From Narcine bancroftii (lineage: Eukaryota): a stretch of DNA of 64,000 nt. Every line of letters begins with the position of its first letter. The first letter of the stretch is position 1. The stretch lies in contig NC_091476.1 in assembly GCF_036971445.1 (NCBI RefSeq), forward strand, positions 97,960,001 to 98,024,000, in the 5' to 3' direction. Position numbers and translations under genes: made by a program. A model generated the notes under the pieces. It ran no database searches. It was not told the origin of the DNA and was given only the letters and a program-made list of their open reading frames with translations. Shown piece after piece: positions 1 to 12,818 of the stretch.

Positions 1-1125
1 ACAGATAAAAGGGTGAAGGATGTCTCATTGGCAATAGAGCTCATCAAATCATATAATTTGTGAACCTCTTGGGAAATACGAATAACGCCATAACCTGGGA
101 TCAAGGTGCCAAAGAAAATCTCGGCACCTGAGAGGGCACATCTATGCCGAAGGACAGGGGACATACGCATAAGTGAGGGATGATCCTGTAAATGGGAAAT
201 ATGATGCAGGTAGGGGACGGTGTTTGCCAAATAGCAGCAATCACCCCAGGTAAGGGGTAGCCATGCAAAGGCATGAAACCCACAAACCCAATAGGTCCCG
301 TTGATAGGATGCTTGGAAATAAAAGGGGAATATGCCAGACAGTCACTGTATCCCAATGCATCAGCAGGACTTTCGGGGTACTTACAAAAGCAGACAGAGC
401 CCTTAACATGTTGAGGAACAATAAAATAGGGGGGTGTTATATTATAAGGGGGGTTAAAAATATGCCATCCTCGAATAATAGCAAAATGTTACAGACTAAA
501 GAACTGGGCCTCCTCAGGCATAGGCTTATTAACATCAATGTAAACCCTGCTTTTGGAGGGATCAAAATATTTCCAGGCAGCAACCTCCTTTCGGGTGAAA
601 GGAATGGGGATCATGGGAATGCCTGTACCGGTATGCAAAGGGCCTCTAGTACAAATCCAATAATCAGATATATTCAATCGGTGAGCGTACGCAAAGGAAA
701 CATGGAGAAAGGAATTGTCGGACAAATCTGAAAGAATGTTAGATGGTGAAGTAGACAACCAACCCTCCACAGAATCAGAATCCTCCCACCACTTAGCGAC
801 AGGTGGTGCAGAGTTATCACAAGATAAAAAGCAGGTACAAAAATGACCACCACAGAAGTAGGGGACGACTCCTTCAGTTGGTCCATCCACAAACAGAATA
901 AAGGAACCATGACCAGCAATAACATTTATATAAGCTGCACTTGAGGCGGGTGACCGAGGACCTCATTGGTGTAATGCATCGGGCCATGTCCCCCACGGGC
1001 AACTCCCTCGGAACGTCCTTAACATTACAAATCCAATTGCTGGCACCAAAGCAGCTGTTAAGCCAGATCAGCAGGAGCGCAAGACGGAAGATCTGGAACA
1101 AAGAAGCCTGACATATGTCACTCAC
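1..1125 (-). pseudogene. env: env-like region of the ERV (frameshifted, incomplete in window)
   Basis: Lies directly after integrase. Begins with a signal-peptide-like hydrophobic stretch (FRLALLLIWLNSCFGA), followed by Cys/Trp-rich fragments in ORFs 874-1125, 489-890 and 101-421. Confidence 0.65.
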
Positions 1126-1149
1126 GATGCCGTAAGCGTTCAGTATTTA

Positions 1150-4100
1150 AACAAACTAAACCATCCTGTCCCTCAATAGCTACCTACCGAGTGTTACCCT
1201 GGGCAGGTGTCACTATTTCCCCTTTTACAGGAGGGCCACTACCTGGTGGTGCCACCTATACCTTTTGTCCATCATTCTCTAGTTTGGGAATGGGGGGCAA
1301 TGACTGTTTTCCCTCTGGAATAGGCTGTAGTTCAGAAGCGTGAAGAAGTCAGTGGAAAGGTGTACCTCCCTTTAAAGGGCGATGATTCAGATTGTCGACT
1401 GCCTGCTGCAGCACATGGCACCACCCCTTCAGGGTCCCCAATGGTGTTAACAAACGAATTTGTTGCTTCACTAAGCCGTTCATTCGTTCAACTAACCCAG
1501 CAGCCTGTGGGTAATAAGGAATATGGTGGACCCATAAAATACTGTTGTCAGCTGCCCAATCACAGTTGCCTTCCCGGAGAAGTGCGAGCCATTATCAGAC
1601 TGATTCGCCTCTGGTACATCATAACGAGAAATTAAATGGTTTAGTCCTTGGGTAGTGCTAGCTTGGTCAGCCGTCTTGGTGGGAAAAGCAAAAACCAGGC
1701 CTGAAAAGGTGTCAACCATTACTAGGACATAACGTTTACCCATACAGTCTGGCATAGGGCCTATGTAATCAATTTGCCAGACTGCAGCTGAGCGAGCTCC
1801 CCGTCTTATTCGGCCATGCGGACCAGGAGGAATGGTACGGGACTTTACAAGCTGGCATGCTGGGCATGTACGCATGACCATGCGGACATCGTCCTGATGG
1901 ATGGGTAAGGCATGTGTATGTCCACATAGCTGATCCCTTCTCCCCCAAATGGCCACTCTGTTCGTGTGCCCATTGAGCCAGGGGGACAGTATCGGTGCGG
2001 TTGATAGTGGCAAGCTGATCTGCTACTCCATTATGTTGTGCCATGTTCGTCGTCGCATTGGTATGGGCGTCAACATGATATACAGTTATCTCACGATGAT
2101 AGGAACAGCTGCCACAACTGTTTGCCCCATACTGGGCGGTCATGTACCAGCCAGTCATTCTTTTGCCAATCAGTCAATCATACCACTAGTCCATTAGCCA
2201 CAGCCCAGGAATCAGTAAATAGCCAAAGAGGGTGATTGTGGGAGCCTAGTGGTAAAGTGACCGTCTTCAACTCAGCATACATACTGGAGCCACCATCCCC
2301 CTCCTCCAATAAGTGAGTTCCTGATTTGGGATGGCAAGCCACCGCCTTCCACTTCTGCTTTCCTTGCACCCACCGGCTGCTACCATCAGTAAACCAGGTA
2401 TCCTCTTGTTCTGCTGGAGTGAGTGAATCATATGGTTTACCCACTGAACTGGTGAAGGGAGTAGGGGAGGGGGAAAGGCAGGTTCAATGTCCTCATGATG
2501 AGATGGAAGATCAGCCACCTGTTCGTGTATGCGGCCCACCCCTTCAGGCCCTCTGGTCGCACGACTCTGAATATACCACTTCCATGTAACAATAGAAGTC
2601 TGCTGAGCCCGCCCGATCTTTAGATTAGCGTCATTAGCCAAGACCCAGTTCATTATTGGAAGTGCAGGTCTCAACTGGACATCTGCATCACCTGTCATTC
2701 TTTCCATCTCCACAAGGGCTCAGTAACAGGGCAGTAACTGTTGTTCAAAAGCAGAATAACGAGTGGCAGCCTCGTGACCAGAATCCCAGCAGGACTCGGC
2801 GGCCCTCTTGTTTCTGCCAGAGGCTCCATGAGGCCACATGATCAGTAACGGAGGCCTATAGTTCGTAGGGGGTATTTGGGATGCGGGGAGAAATGGGCAG
2901 GGCCTGAAGAATAGCCTGCTTGGCAGACTGGAACGCCCTTTCCTGATCGACACCCCATAAAAAGTCTGTTTTCTTTTGGGTAACCTTATAGGGTAACCTT
3001 ATATAGAGAACGTAAAAGCAACACTAAATGTGGAAAATGGCGTCGCCAGTATCCCAATAACCCTAGGAAACGCTGGGTCTCCTTTTTACTAGTAGGAGTG
3101 GCCAAGACTGCGATCTTATTGTGGACTTTATCGGGGACCACCTTTTCTCCAGAATGCCACTGAATCCCATGGAAAATAACCATCTGGGACGGGTCCTGTA
3201 CCTTAGCGGGGTTAATGGCCCACTCTCTTTGTATCAGGGTATCTTGGAAACTCTCCATACCTTCCGGTACCATTTCTTCCGTGGCCCCTTGGATCATCAC
3301 ATCATCAATATAATGGTGAATCGAGAGAGAAGGTGATACTGGCACTGCCTCCAAATCAAGGGCAATTAGGCTGTGGCAAATAGTGGGAGAGCGTACATAG
3401 CCCTGAGCGAGGCGGGTGAAGGTATACTGACGCCCCTTCCAAGTAAAGGCGAACTGATCCTGTGAGACTTCATCTATAAGAATACTGAAGAAGGCATTAG
3501 CGAGATCAATGACAGCATATCATGTTCCTGAGTTCCCAGTAGCAATGTTTTCAATAAGGGTAACAATGTCCGGAACTGCTGAAGCAAGTGGTGGGGCATG
3601 TTTGTTCAAAAAACGATAGTCAACTGTCATTCTCCAGGAGCCGTCTGGCTTCTGGACTGGCCAACCAGGGCTATTAAAGGGCGACGTTGCAGGCCTCACT
3701 ACCCCTTCTTCTTGCAAAGCATCGACGGTGGCAGTAATCTCTTCCTGCCCTCCAGGGAGGCAGTACTGTGGAATGCATACTGGTTTCGGGGGGAGGGGGA
3801 AGGCACCATCACAGGATCCCACTTAGCCCGACCCACCATTAATCTTTTAGTAATAGTCCGCATTCCAAATGCAAATCCCCCTTGGCTAGTATTAAGGGCC
3901 GTACCGGCCAACATATTAATACCCAGGATACACTCATCAGTGGCAGACACCAGGGCATGTAACCATATAGGGCACACATGTCAAACTCTGGCCCGCGGGC
4001 CAAATTGATATAATTATATTTGGCCCGCAAGAACATATTAAATATATATTAGAGTTGGCCCGCTGGCCGCCGCACCAGTATAGCGCATGCACACTGAAGG

Positions 4101-5765
4101 TGAAAATGAAGACGCCGGAGGTGTGGAGGGATCTCAGAGTCCCGAATCCCGGGGATCGGAGCGCCGCACTCAGCCCGCCCGGCTCCCGGACACACAGACA
4201 CGGCTGGAGTTGGGGACCATCCTCGCTGGGTTTGCGCTTCAGCGGCGACACCGGACCGAAAGTCTCGTTGGTGATGCCTTCCCCCTCGCTCCGTGCGCGG
4301 CGGACCCTGCCTCCAGCTTCTTTTGTTGGAGACGAGCCTGGCGCCGTGAGATCGCAGTTTAATCCCTCTCCAACCATGGGAGGGGAGTGGGAGCAACGCG
4401 CTCTTCTCAGCCAATATTTCAGTAACAATTGGGTCTAGAGCAGTGATTCTCACCCTTTCCTTCCCATTCACATCCCACCTTAAGCAATCCCTTACTAATT
4501 ACAAAGTTCCGATGGCATAGGGCACACATGTCAAATTCTGGCCTGCGGGCCAAATTTGGCCCGCGATATAATTATATTTGGCCCGCAAGATCATTTCAAA
4601 AATGTATTAGAGGTGGCCCACTGGCCACCGCGCCAGTATAGCGCATGCACACTAATACAACAAATCCCAGAATGCATTGGCGTCAGCCTACTAATCGCCC
4701 CCACCTCCTCTGTTTACATTGCAGGGTCTCACCGTGGACTCTGGTTTTGGGGCCTGGCCGGTGTCAGGGGAAGCCAAGGACGCTTCCCAGCGCCCGGAAG
4801 CGGAGGCCTCGGGCCTGTCCTCGCCAGGACCATTGCCCACTCCCCCTCCCTGCCGTAGGCCGATCCGCGACTCACGGTGACGGGGCCGCTGATCCGCCGA
4901 GATGCCGCCCTGCAGCGAGAGCCGATGCCCCCGCACTGTCATTGTCCAACCCGATCGCCCGCAAACCCCGCCCTCCCGCACACAGGCCTGAGTAAGTATT
5001 ATGAACTTTAAACTCAGGATAAAACGATCTTCCAATAGTTTCATGTCACAGTGATAAATATATTCCTGGTTAAAAATGGTCCTGCACCTGGATACAAGCT
5101 CATTAGGCATAAAACTTGAAAAGTGTGTAAATCAAAGGATATCTGTACCAATGGAAAAAGGGCATGGCAAATAACCCTGCTAGAGTTCATGCCCACAATC
5201 AGTCACCCATTTGATTGTTTCAGGAATCATGTTATTCTCCCACATTCTCAATAGCCCTCAGATTTTACTATTCGACAGCGCACTAGCAACATTTGACAAA
5301 TCCTCTATAGAGAAATATTATTTATTGAATATTTTATTTCTCATTTGTTAATGCTTCTGGAAAGAGTTTATCCAAAACTATTATTAAACATTTATTTTAA
5401 TAAGAAAAAGTTTAACATTACATATGTTGAAAGAAGAGAAAACATGCAGATGTTGTTGAAAATTTTCAATAAATATTTAGTTCGGCCCTCGACTTAGTCC
5501 AAGTTTTTAATTTTGGCCCTCCGTGAATTTGAGTTTGACACCCCTGATATAGGGGAGGGCCATCACCCACTGTGGTCTGGACTTTTATTTCCTTCGCCAG
5601 GGTGATTGCTCCTCCCATCCCCTCTATTCAAAATATTGGTCCAGTCCAGAGGTCGGGGTTTCCAGGAATCACTGAGTGCTTTGCACCGGAATCGACCAAG
5701 GCCAAATATTGGCGGTCATTACCCCCAACCCAATGGATTGTTAACGGTATGTAGGGTCGTGTATC
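1150..5765 (-). pseudogene. pol: ERV pro-pol (protease, RT, RNase H, integrase), frameshifted and interrupted by a hAT insertion at 3973-5546
   Basis: RPYIPLTIHW..YLALVDSGA (about 5680-5760); SPFNSPGWPVQKPDGSWRMTVDYR; HHYIDDVMI; QRFLGLLGYWRRH; WFTDGSS; WQIDYIGPMP. Confidence 0.9.
3973..5546. mobile_element. Non-autonomous composite hAT (Charlie-like) DNA transposon
   Basis: 8-bp TSD ATATAGGG (3965-3972 and 5547-5554). Termini CACACATGTCAAACTC ... GAGTTTGACACCCCTG. A second internal 5' end at 4523. It splits the ERV protease. Confidence 0.85.
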
Positions 5766-5816
5766 CTCCGTATCTCAATGGAGTAGACACGGGAACCCCA
5801 CCCGCACACTCATGCC

Positions 5817-7590
5817 TTAGTAGAGTTCGGGGGTCTTCCAAGACCACATGCTACTATTATCCATAAGAGCCTTTTTAACCAATTGTATCTCATCACAGGT
5901 AACTGGAGCAAGAGAAACTGGCTCGATAGGAGCAGCAGTGGGAGCAGAAGGCACAGTTGGGCCAGGAAGACTCAAGAGCTGGGGATGATGTTCCCATGCT
6001 TTTCTCTTATAAAGGGCATAAATGACTGCAGTAGGTTTCCCATCAATATCACTTTTAGGTACGCCTAACTTTAACAAGGTTAGAAAAAGGTCCCTTCTTG
6101 TCGGTCCGTTATTAGCAGCAGGCCCTCTCTTTTCATCCTGCTTGTCTGATTTAACCTGGGTTGTACGTGAGTGGATTTTACCTCCCAACTCTAATTCTCG
6201 AGGCCCAGATAAGGCATGCACCACCTCAGACACAGGGTGCCCAATTAACGGACTAGTTACGGACAGAACCAGTCCCCATACAGTGGGTTGGGCGGAACGA
6301 ACCAATCGGGTATGCATCCGGACGTGAATATCTCTTCATCAGGGCTCCCCCATGTACCCACAGCCTCAAACGCTCTGCATACAAGGCAGAGGCCAGGGCC
6401 TGTTGACGAATTACTGCCATACCCTCCTCTGGGGTGCCCCAATTGTTCTGCAAATGTAAATCCCAATCTACTGGTGATGGGTATACTCGTAGCAGGGCAT
6501 CCCCTAGAGTGGCAAGTAAGTAATCCACCTCTCTTCCTCTACCCCGCAGCTCAGCAGTGACCCGGATATCAGTAGTCAATGTTCCTAATCCCAACAATCC
6601 CTCAGGGGTTAAATATACATTACCCCCTCTTTGCTCCCAAACATGCAGGAGCCAAGCCGCAAGAGTTTCTCCTGCCTTTTGCCTAAATCGATCTCCAATG
6701 GCAGCCAGCTCTTTTATAGAGAAGTCACACATCATTGACTGCTCTTGACCTCTGCTCCCACTTTGGCCCACAGGGTCCTTTGCCCAGTGGACGGGACGAG
6801 GCCTAGGCCATCCCATAGAGGGGGTGGACCATTGAGCATAAGCAAGGGTTTGGGTACCTTCTCCTGGGTCCTCTAGTGAGATCAGGGGATCATCTACCTC
6901 TTCAATCTCATCAGTTACATTCCGCCCCTCTCCCTCTCTGTCTGTTTGGAAAATCTGCTGCCTTATAGGGCGGGTATGAACAGTGGGTGGAGAGGGTAGT
7001 ATGTTAGGCACATGCTGAGGAGTATCTGCATTATTACCATTGTCATCATTCCAGATATTCTCGTCCCAATCATCAATTACATCAGGATCGTCGCCATTCC
7101 TTATCATGGCACGAATACGATGTGGATCGGGTTCTACCCCTTGCTTTTCCTTATCTGCACAGAGCTGCTGCCAGAGTTTAAAATTATGGCAAATCATTTG
7201 GACATGCTTATCCGCCCATTCTTTGGCTCGGTCCTCACTGGTGCAAACAATCTCGCTCATCATGGAACAGTGTTGTCGCATGGCTTCTATCTCCTCCTCT
7301 AGTTGCTCTCTCTTGTGCTGGGATTCTACTTCTTGCTGTACAGATTCTGCTTCACGCTGAACGATGTGGTGCAAGGCTGTGGCCAGCAGCCAAAAACCAT
7401 CCATCAGTGTCCCCTTCTTAACAGGAAATTGACTTTCTCGAAGGAGATTGGCAACCCGAGGTGCACTTGATGGATCTAACCTCTCATCCCAACTAATGGG
7501 TGGTCCCAACAAAGACAGAGTATTGGCCAACATGCCAAACCCATCATCTTTGGAAGTCCATCCCGGAATCAAGAACTGCTCAGGGCTCAC
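5817..7590 (-). pseudogene. gag: ERV gag (ERV-L/Fv1-like capsid), split by a frameshift near 6253-6317
   Basis: 445-aa ORF with a coiled-coil and FSIKELAAIGDRFRQKAGETLAAWLLHVWEQRGG, which resembles ERV-L gag; continues in ORF 5817-6317 (TRRDLFLTLLKLGVPKSDIDGKPT). Confidence 0.85.
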
Positions 7591-7621
7591 CTCTTTCTTT
7601 CAATGAAGCATCTTGAGACCA

Positions 7622-7639
7622 ATCCTGTTCGCAATGCCA
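7622..7639 (-). promoter_or_regulatory. Primer-binding site, probably tRNA-Ser
   Basis: Minus strand TGGCATTGCGAACAGGAT, 2 nt after the LTR end (..ACA). About 15/18 match to the complement of the vertebrate tRNA-Ser(CGA) 3' end as I recall it (TGGCGTCACGAACAGGAT). Confidence 0.7.
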
Positions 7640-7641
7640 AT

Positions 7642-8280
7642 TGTCTTGGGTAAACTTATTCCTCTCATTTTGATCGTTTTAGATTGGTCACAGTGTTTGA
7701 GCTACCGAAAGAAAATAGACACACACACCGAGAGCAGTTCAGTTTATACAAGGCTTTATTACTAAAGCTAAAGCTGAATTCACTCTACAATATGCAAACC
7801 CTTCCCAATTATACTTATCAACGCCTGGACTGGTCCCAACTGCCGAAGCGAGGCAATGATTGCACACTTGCAGTAGGTTGTCTGGGCGCCGGTAGCAACT
7901 TCTCCACCTCTCCCGACCGGGATGTTGGTTGGAGTCTAGAAGTTCTTCTTGCTGAGAGATGTTGCCACCTCTTAGAGAGTCTCAAACTTCAGCAGTGGGA
8001 CCATGGCTTATATTACCCAAAAATTGTTTACTCATAGCTTATCTCTTTGAATAAATGATTTAATTATCTTCAAGGTCTCCTGACAGTCAGAGACACTGGA
8101 TCTCTGGGCCTCATGGTGGAAATTAGATTATGTCTTTCTATTCAACTGCATCCCTGAGCCCCATGGTGGAATTTAGATTATGTCTTCTGATGCAATTGCA
8201 TCCCTTGTTGCATAAGCTGGTCTAAATCCTCCATTACATAGCTGTATAAGGATTACTGTGTTTCTTCCATTTATTCCTTG
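7642..8280 (-). repeat. 5' LTR of the ERV (U3 boundary uncertain)
   Basis: Ends in CA next to the PBS. Minus-strand AATAAA at about 7755-7760, TATA-like ATATAAG at about 8007-8013, and a roughly 49-bp tandem repeat at 8112-8207 (U3 enhancer-like). Confidence 0.6.
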
Positions 8281-8288
8281 GATATAAT

Positions 8289-11200
8289 TGTGGTGATATG
8301 TAATTACACCACTAGGTCACCAAGGTTCATCCCGGTGACCTTGTATATAAAGCAGTCCAGAGCTAAAGTCTAGCCTTCTAGGTTCATCTTACAGAGAAAC
8401 AAGATATCTTAGTGTGCATATTAGTTTATTAAAGCTGCCTTATACTTGCACTGCTGGTGTGGTTATTGTCAGTAAAATTTAATAAATTAATATGATAGCT
8501 ACTAGGATAGAAGCTGCTTCTGCTCCAATGCACATTCCTGACCACCTGGAGACTCTTCCTGAGGAATGAAATCCGGAGACAATCAGCACGCACATGCATC
8601 GGAGGTCAGAGACAGCAAGGGACCGCTGTACTAGAATCGTGGTGAAATGTGGGGAAGACCACAGAAGTACGATAGGGCAGGTAAGAAATGGCCAAGAGCC
8701 CTGCCTGCCCATGGGCTCACCAAAACAGGTGCTGCCAACCCTAAACCTCGGTCTGATCAGAAAGGGGCCACTACAAGCGCGGGTGGAAAGATCTCCACAA
8801 GTCGTCCTCCCGATCACCACGTATGTGCAGAATTCCTGACCACTCCAAGTCAAGGAAAGCAGACGTCGCTACCGTCACTCCCCCAGCAGTAGTTTCCCCA
8901 GTACCAATGCTACCACTGTGTTCTGCCTAAGCCACTGCAAATGTCCCAATGCCAGAGACCCAGCCAACAGCCCCATGCTCCCAGGTTACTCCTCCAGCAG
9001 ACACAAGCCCCACAGAGGCTTTACCAGCATCTCCCAGTATCCCAGGGTCCGCCCTTGCTACACCTAGATCCAGAGACCACATGGAGACCGGGAACAACCC
9101 CCAGGGTGCCCCCACGTTACCTAAGGGATCAGAGACTGCAACTTAGCCATGCACTGCGACCAGGCAGGCTGGAGCTTGACTTCAGAAATCCTGGAGCCGG
9201 CACGCACTTCAGCCTCTGGCGGAGATGCTTTCTGAATTACGTGGAGGGTGCTGAGGCATCGGATAAAGAGTTATTAATGCTGCTGTTAGCGCAGCTGGGA
9301 GACCACCCTTACTCCCTTATACAGGATGTCAGGTCCTACCAAGAGGCAATGAGCATTTTACAGAGGCATTACAGTAAGGGGCATAATGAACTCCACTCCC
9401 AGTACAGACTCATGACCAGGTCACAACAAGTGACCAGAGACTTTATACTCTCTCTGAAAGACCTGGCGAGAGGCTGCAACTTTAAAGCAGTATCAGCTCA
9501 GGAGTATGCGGAGGACTTTATTACAACAGAATTGTTGCGGGCATACGGTCCACTGAGACGAGATATCGATTGCTGGAGAAAGGAATGGTGGGGCTAGATG
9601 AGGCAGAGACTATCGCAGAAGCTTTAGAAAACACCAGGAAAGAATTGGAGGAGTACTCACAGGACCCTGGGGCTGGGACAAACGTCACACTGCTGGACTC
9701 TCTAGCCCCAGGAAAAGTATGCTGCCTCACAGGAATTCACAGCAGCAGCAGCACCTTGAGGGTCCCAAGTGCTTTTTCTGTGGACAAAGAAAGCACCCCA
9801 GAGCCCTCTGCCCTGCCAGAGAAAATGCCTGTTCCAACTGTGGAAAACGTGGGCATAATGCAAAAGTCTGCAGAAGCCCCAAGGCCACAGCCAAAATCCA
9901 TTCTCATGCCAATGAGAGGCAGGAAAGCTCTTCTTTCTCCACAGAAACAGAAGAAGAAGAATGCCATGTGCAACCAGCCATCTTGGACAAATGCTACAGA
10001 GCAGAGTAGTCTTCAGGAGATGAATATGATGCTGAGTACTATCGGATGGAAGGACACGAAGGACATGCCAGACTTGCTTCCCTATGCATGAATCAGGCGA
10101 GTCCACACAATTTATCTGATGCCACTGTGTGCAACAAAATTAATGATGTGAGGGTAAATTGCTTAATAGATAGTGGAAGCACTGAAAGTTTCATTGACCA
10201 GGGGTTAGTCAACTGCCTTGCCCTCCCCACACGCCCGAGTGAGCACTGGATCCTGTTAGCAGCCAGCACCCTTGCGGCTGAGGTAAAACAGTTTTGCAGG
10301 ATTACTCTAGAAATCCAGGGCACAAAATACAAAGGGTACAAATTACGAGTACTCCCTCACATCTGTGCCCTGGTACTATTGGGGTTAGATTTTCAGTGTC
10401 AGTTAGAAAACATTACAATAGTGCACAACGGGCCTCACCCCCCACTACGCCTTACGAAGAAACAACACTGCAGCCTGTCTGTCCTGAACATAGAACCCCT
10501 TCCACTGTTCACACACCTGACCCCAGAATGCACACCAATAGCCACAAAGAGCAGGAGGTGCAGTCTTCATTAGGACAGAGGTCCGCATGCTACTACAGGA
10601 GAACATCATAGAGCAGAGCACCAGCCCCTGTAGAGCCCAGGTGGTTGTAGTCAAGTCAGGAGAAAAACTGCGCATGGTAGTGGATTACAGCCAGACAATC
10701 AACAAATTTACACGACTAGATGCCTACCCCCTGTCATGCATAGCAGACATGGTCAACAACATTGCGCAGTATAAGGTGTTCTCCACCATAGACCTGCAGG
10801 CAGCATACCACCAACCGCCCATTAGAAACAGCGATCGCATTTACACGGCATTTGAGGCAGATGGCAGGCTGCATCAATTTATGTGACTCCCCTTCCGTGT
10901 TACCAGTGGAGTGTCCCTGTTTCAGAGAGAAATGGACTGAATAGTAGATGAGCTCCAACTGAAAACGGTGTTCCCCTACTTCGACAACGTGACAATCTGT
11001 GGCCACATTCAGGAGGATCATGACACGAATTTAAAACGCTTCTTCCAGGCAGCCGAGGAAAGGAACCTAACATACAACAGGGATAAATGCGTCTTTAGCG
11101 CCAGGAAGTTGCCAATCCTGGTCTACATAGTGCAGAACGTGGAAATCAGCCCAGACCCAGCCCATATGCGCCCTCTCCTAGACCTCCCAGTGCCACACAC

Positions 11201-12366
11201 GCTGAAAGCACAAAAAAGGTGTTTGGGACTGTTCGCTTACTATGCCCAATGGATCCCCAACTACACCGACAGGGACGGCCCACTTATAAAAGCCTCAGTT
11301 TTCCCACTATGCCCAGCAGCCACCAGAGCATTCAGGGACATTAGGGACCATATCGCTAAAGCTACCATGTGGTCCATAGATGAATCGATCCTGTTTCAAG
11401 TAGAAACAAATGCATCGATGTGGCTCTGGCAGCCCCCCTGAACCAAGATGGACGACCGGTGGCCTTTTCCTTGCGAACCCTACAGGGGTCAGAGGTAAGA
11501 CACTCAGCAGTAGAGAAGGAGGCCCTAGCCATTGTGGAAGCCGTAAGGCACTGGCGACATTTTCTGGCATGCAAACACTTCACCCTCGTCACGGACCAAG
11601 GGGCCAACTAATGTTCGATAACCACAACAGGGGGAGAATTGAAGAACGACAAAACCCTGCACTGGCAGATAGAATTGTCTACATTTAACGACGACATTCT
11701 ATACCGCCCCGGGAGCCCCCGGACGCGCTGTCCAGAGGCCATCTTTAACCACACGTCCCAGTTGCAGAGCTTGCACTATGAGCTGGACTGTTTCACTTTA
11801 TTAAAACCCCAGTCCTCCCATTTTCGGTAGAGGACGTGAGGTTAGTGAACAAGAGCTGTGCGAAATACAAACCACAATTTTACCAGCCAGACAAAGCTAC
11901 CCTGATCAAAGCTACCAAACCTTTTGAGTGCCCCAGCCTCGATTTTAAAGGATCGCTCCCATCCAATAATAGAAATGCCTATTTCCTGAACGTAATAGAT
12001 GAATATTGTTTCCCCTTCGCAATCCCATGTTCTGATGTATCAGTAGCCACTGTTCTCAAGTGCCTCCAACCCATCTTCAGCATATTTGGGTACCCGAACT
12101 ACATACACACAGACAGGGGTGCTGCATTCATGAGCGCAGAAGGACAGCAGTACCTGCACGAGAGAGGGATTGCAATTCCTAGTGCAGCCAATGCACGTTT
12201 TGAGGAATGCCCCCAGTGCCCCCCACCCCGATGACAGTGCGACCACACCAGAGTGGTGGGTGCACCAAGTCACAGCAGTCCAGTCCGCAGACAGAGCCTC
12301 AGGCAAAGCTGGCCCCAACACTGTAACTTGACAACTCGGGAGACCTTGAGCAAGGGAAGGGGGAAA
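8289..12366 (+). mobile_element. Degenerate Ty3/Gypsy LTR retrotransposon (element G1): 5' LTR 8289-8476, gag-PR-RT-RH-IN, PPT; 3' LTR absent
   Basis: LTR starts TG, with TATATAA at about 8344 and ATTAAA at 8428. Gag LRPGRLELD.. with zinc knuckles CFFCGQRKH..C and CSNCGKRGH..C; protease LIDSGS; RT LRMVVDYS and PYFDN; RH EKEALAIVEAVRHWRH; IN LDFKG and HTDRG, C-terminally deleted. PPT-like AAGGGAAGGGGGAAA at about 12352-12366. Confidence 0.9.
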
Positions 12367-12369
12367 GCG

Positions 12370-12775
12370 GAGCGATTGCAGGAAAGGAGAGGAACTTTTA
12401 TGAAAGTATTTCGATTGTCGCAAAGAAAAAGAGGCAAGAGGAATCCACGTCCCTGGGAGAATCCCGCCGGCGTATTCGGTGGAGCACCATTGTTTTGTTG
12501 TTGGCTGCTATCTGTGTCGGATTCCTTCTGATCCGCACAGAGGCTCAAACTCTGGTCGAAGGAGGCAGAAATAGTCACCGGGAGTTGGGAAGGGGTGGGG
12601 GTTTAGTGAAAACCTCCTTCAGCCCGGACGCAACTTCCTCCGTTCAGAACAGAACTTTGCTGCTTTCTGCCGGGTGGACCGTGAATCAGTGAACGTTTCC
12701 AATTGTCTCCGCCGCTGGCGGCCACCGACCGAGGACGGGTCCAGGGACCGGCGACGGCCAGCAAGCAGGGCAAAG
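12370..12775 (+). promoter_or_regulatory. GC/CpG-rich putative promoter and 5' UTR of the Ig receptor with ETS/PU.1-like sites
   Basis: CpG-rich segment before the ATG; GAGGAACT at about 12389 and ACTTCCTC at about 12633. Motif match only. Confidence 0.35.
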
Positions 12776-12818
12776 ATGCGACTCCTGCTGCTGTCCCTGC
12801 TACACACAGGAATCCAAG
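12776..12818 (+). CDS. Exon 1: signal peptide [14 protein letters not shown](G)
   Basis: ATG in AAAGATG context, hydrophobic core, phase-1 donor CAAG|GTCAGT. Confidence 0.8.

Larger units (their letters stand above)
1..8280 (-). mobile_element. Degenerate class III (ERV-L/HERV-S-like) endogenous retrovirus, LTR-PBS-gag-pro-pol-env; 3' end runs off the window start
   Basis: Minus-strand order: LTR, PBS, Fv1/ERV-L-like gag, protease LVDSGA, RT (WRMTVDYR, HYIDD), RNase H (WFTDGSS), integrase (WAHEQSGH..CPAC, WQIDYIG, SDNG), env-like ORFs. Many frameshifts. Upstream LTR boundary approximate. Confidence 0.9.

Noticed and set aside
4049-5110. Multiple overlapping ORFs in GC-rich sequence
   Set aside because: Inside a non-autonomous hAT element, with no transposase or other recognisable motifs.
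12360-12692. Open frame upstream of exon 1 with a TM-like stretch (RRRIRWSTIVLLLAAICVGFLLI) and NFYESI
   Set aside because: No in-frame ATG or suitable splice donor found. A conventional signal-peptide exon at 12776-12818 explains the gene.
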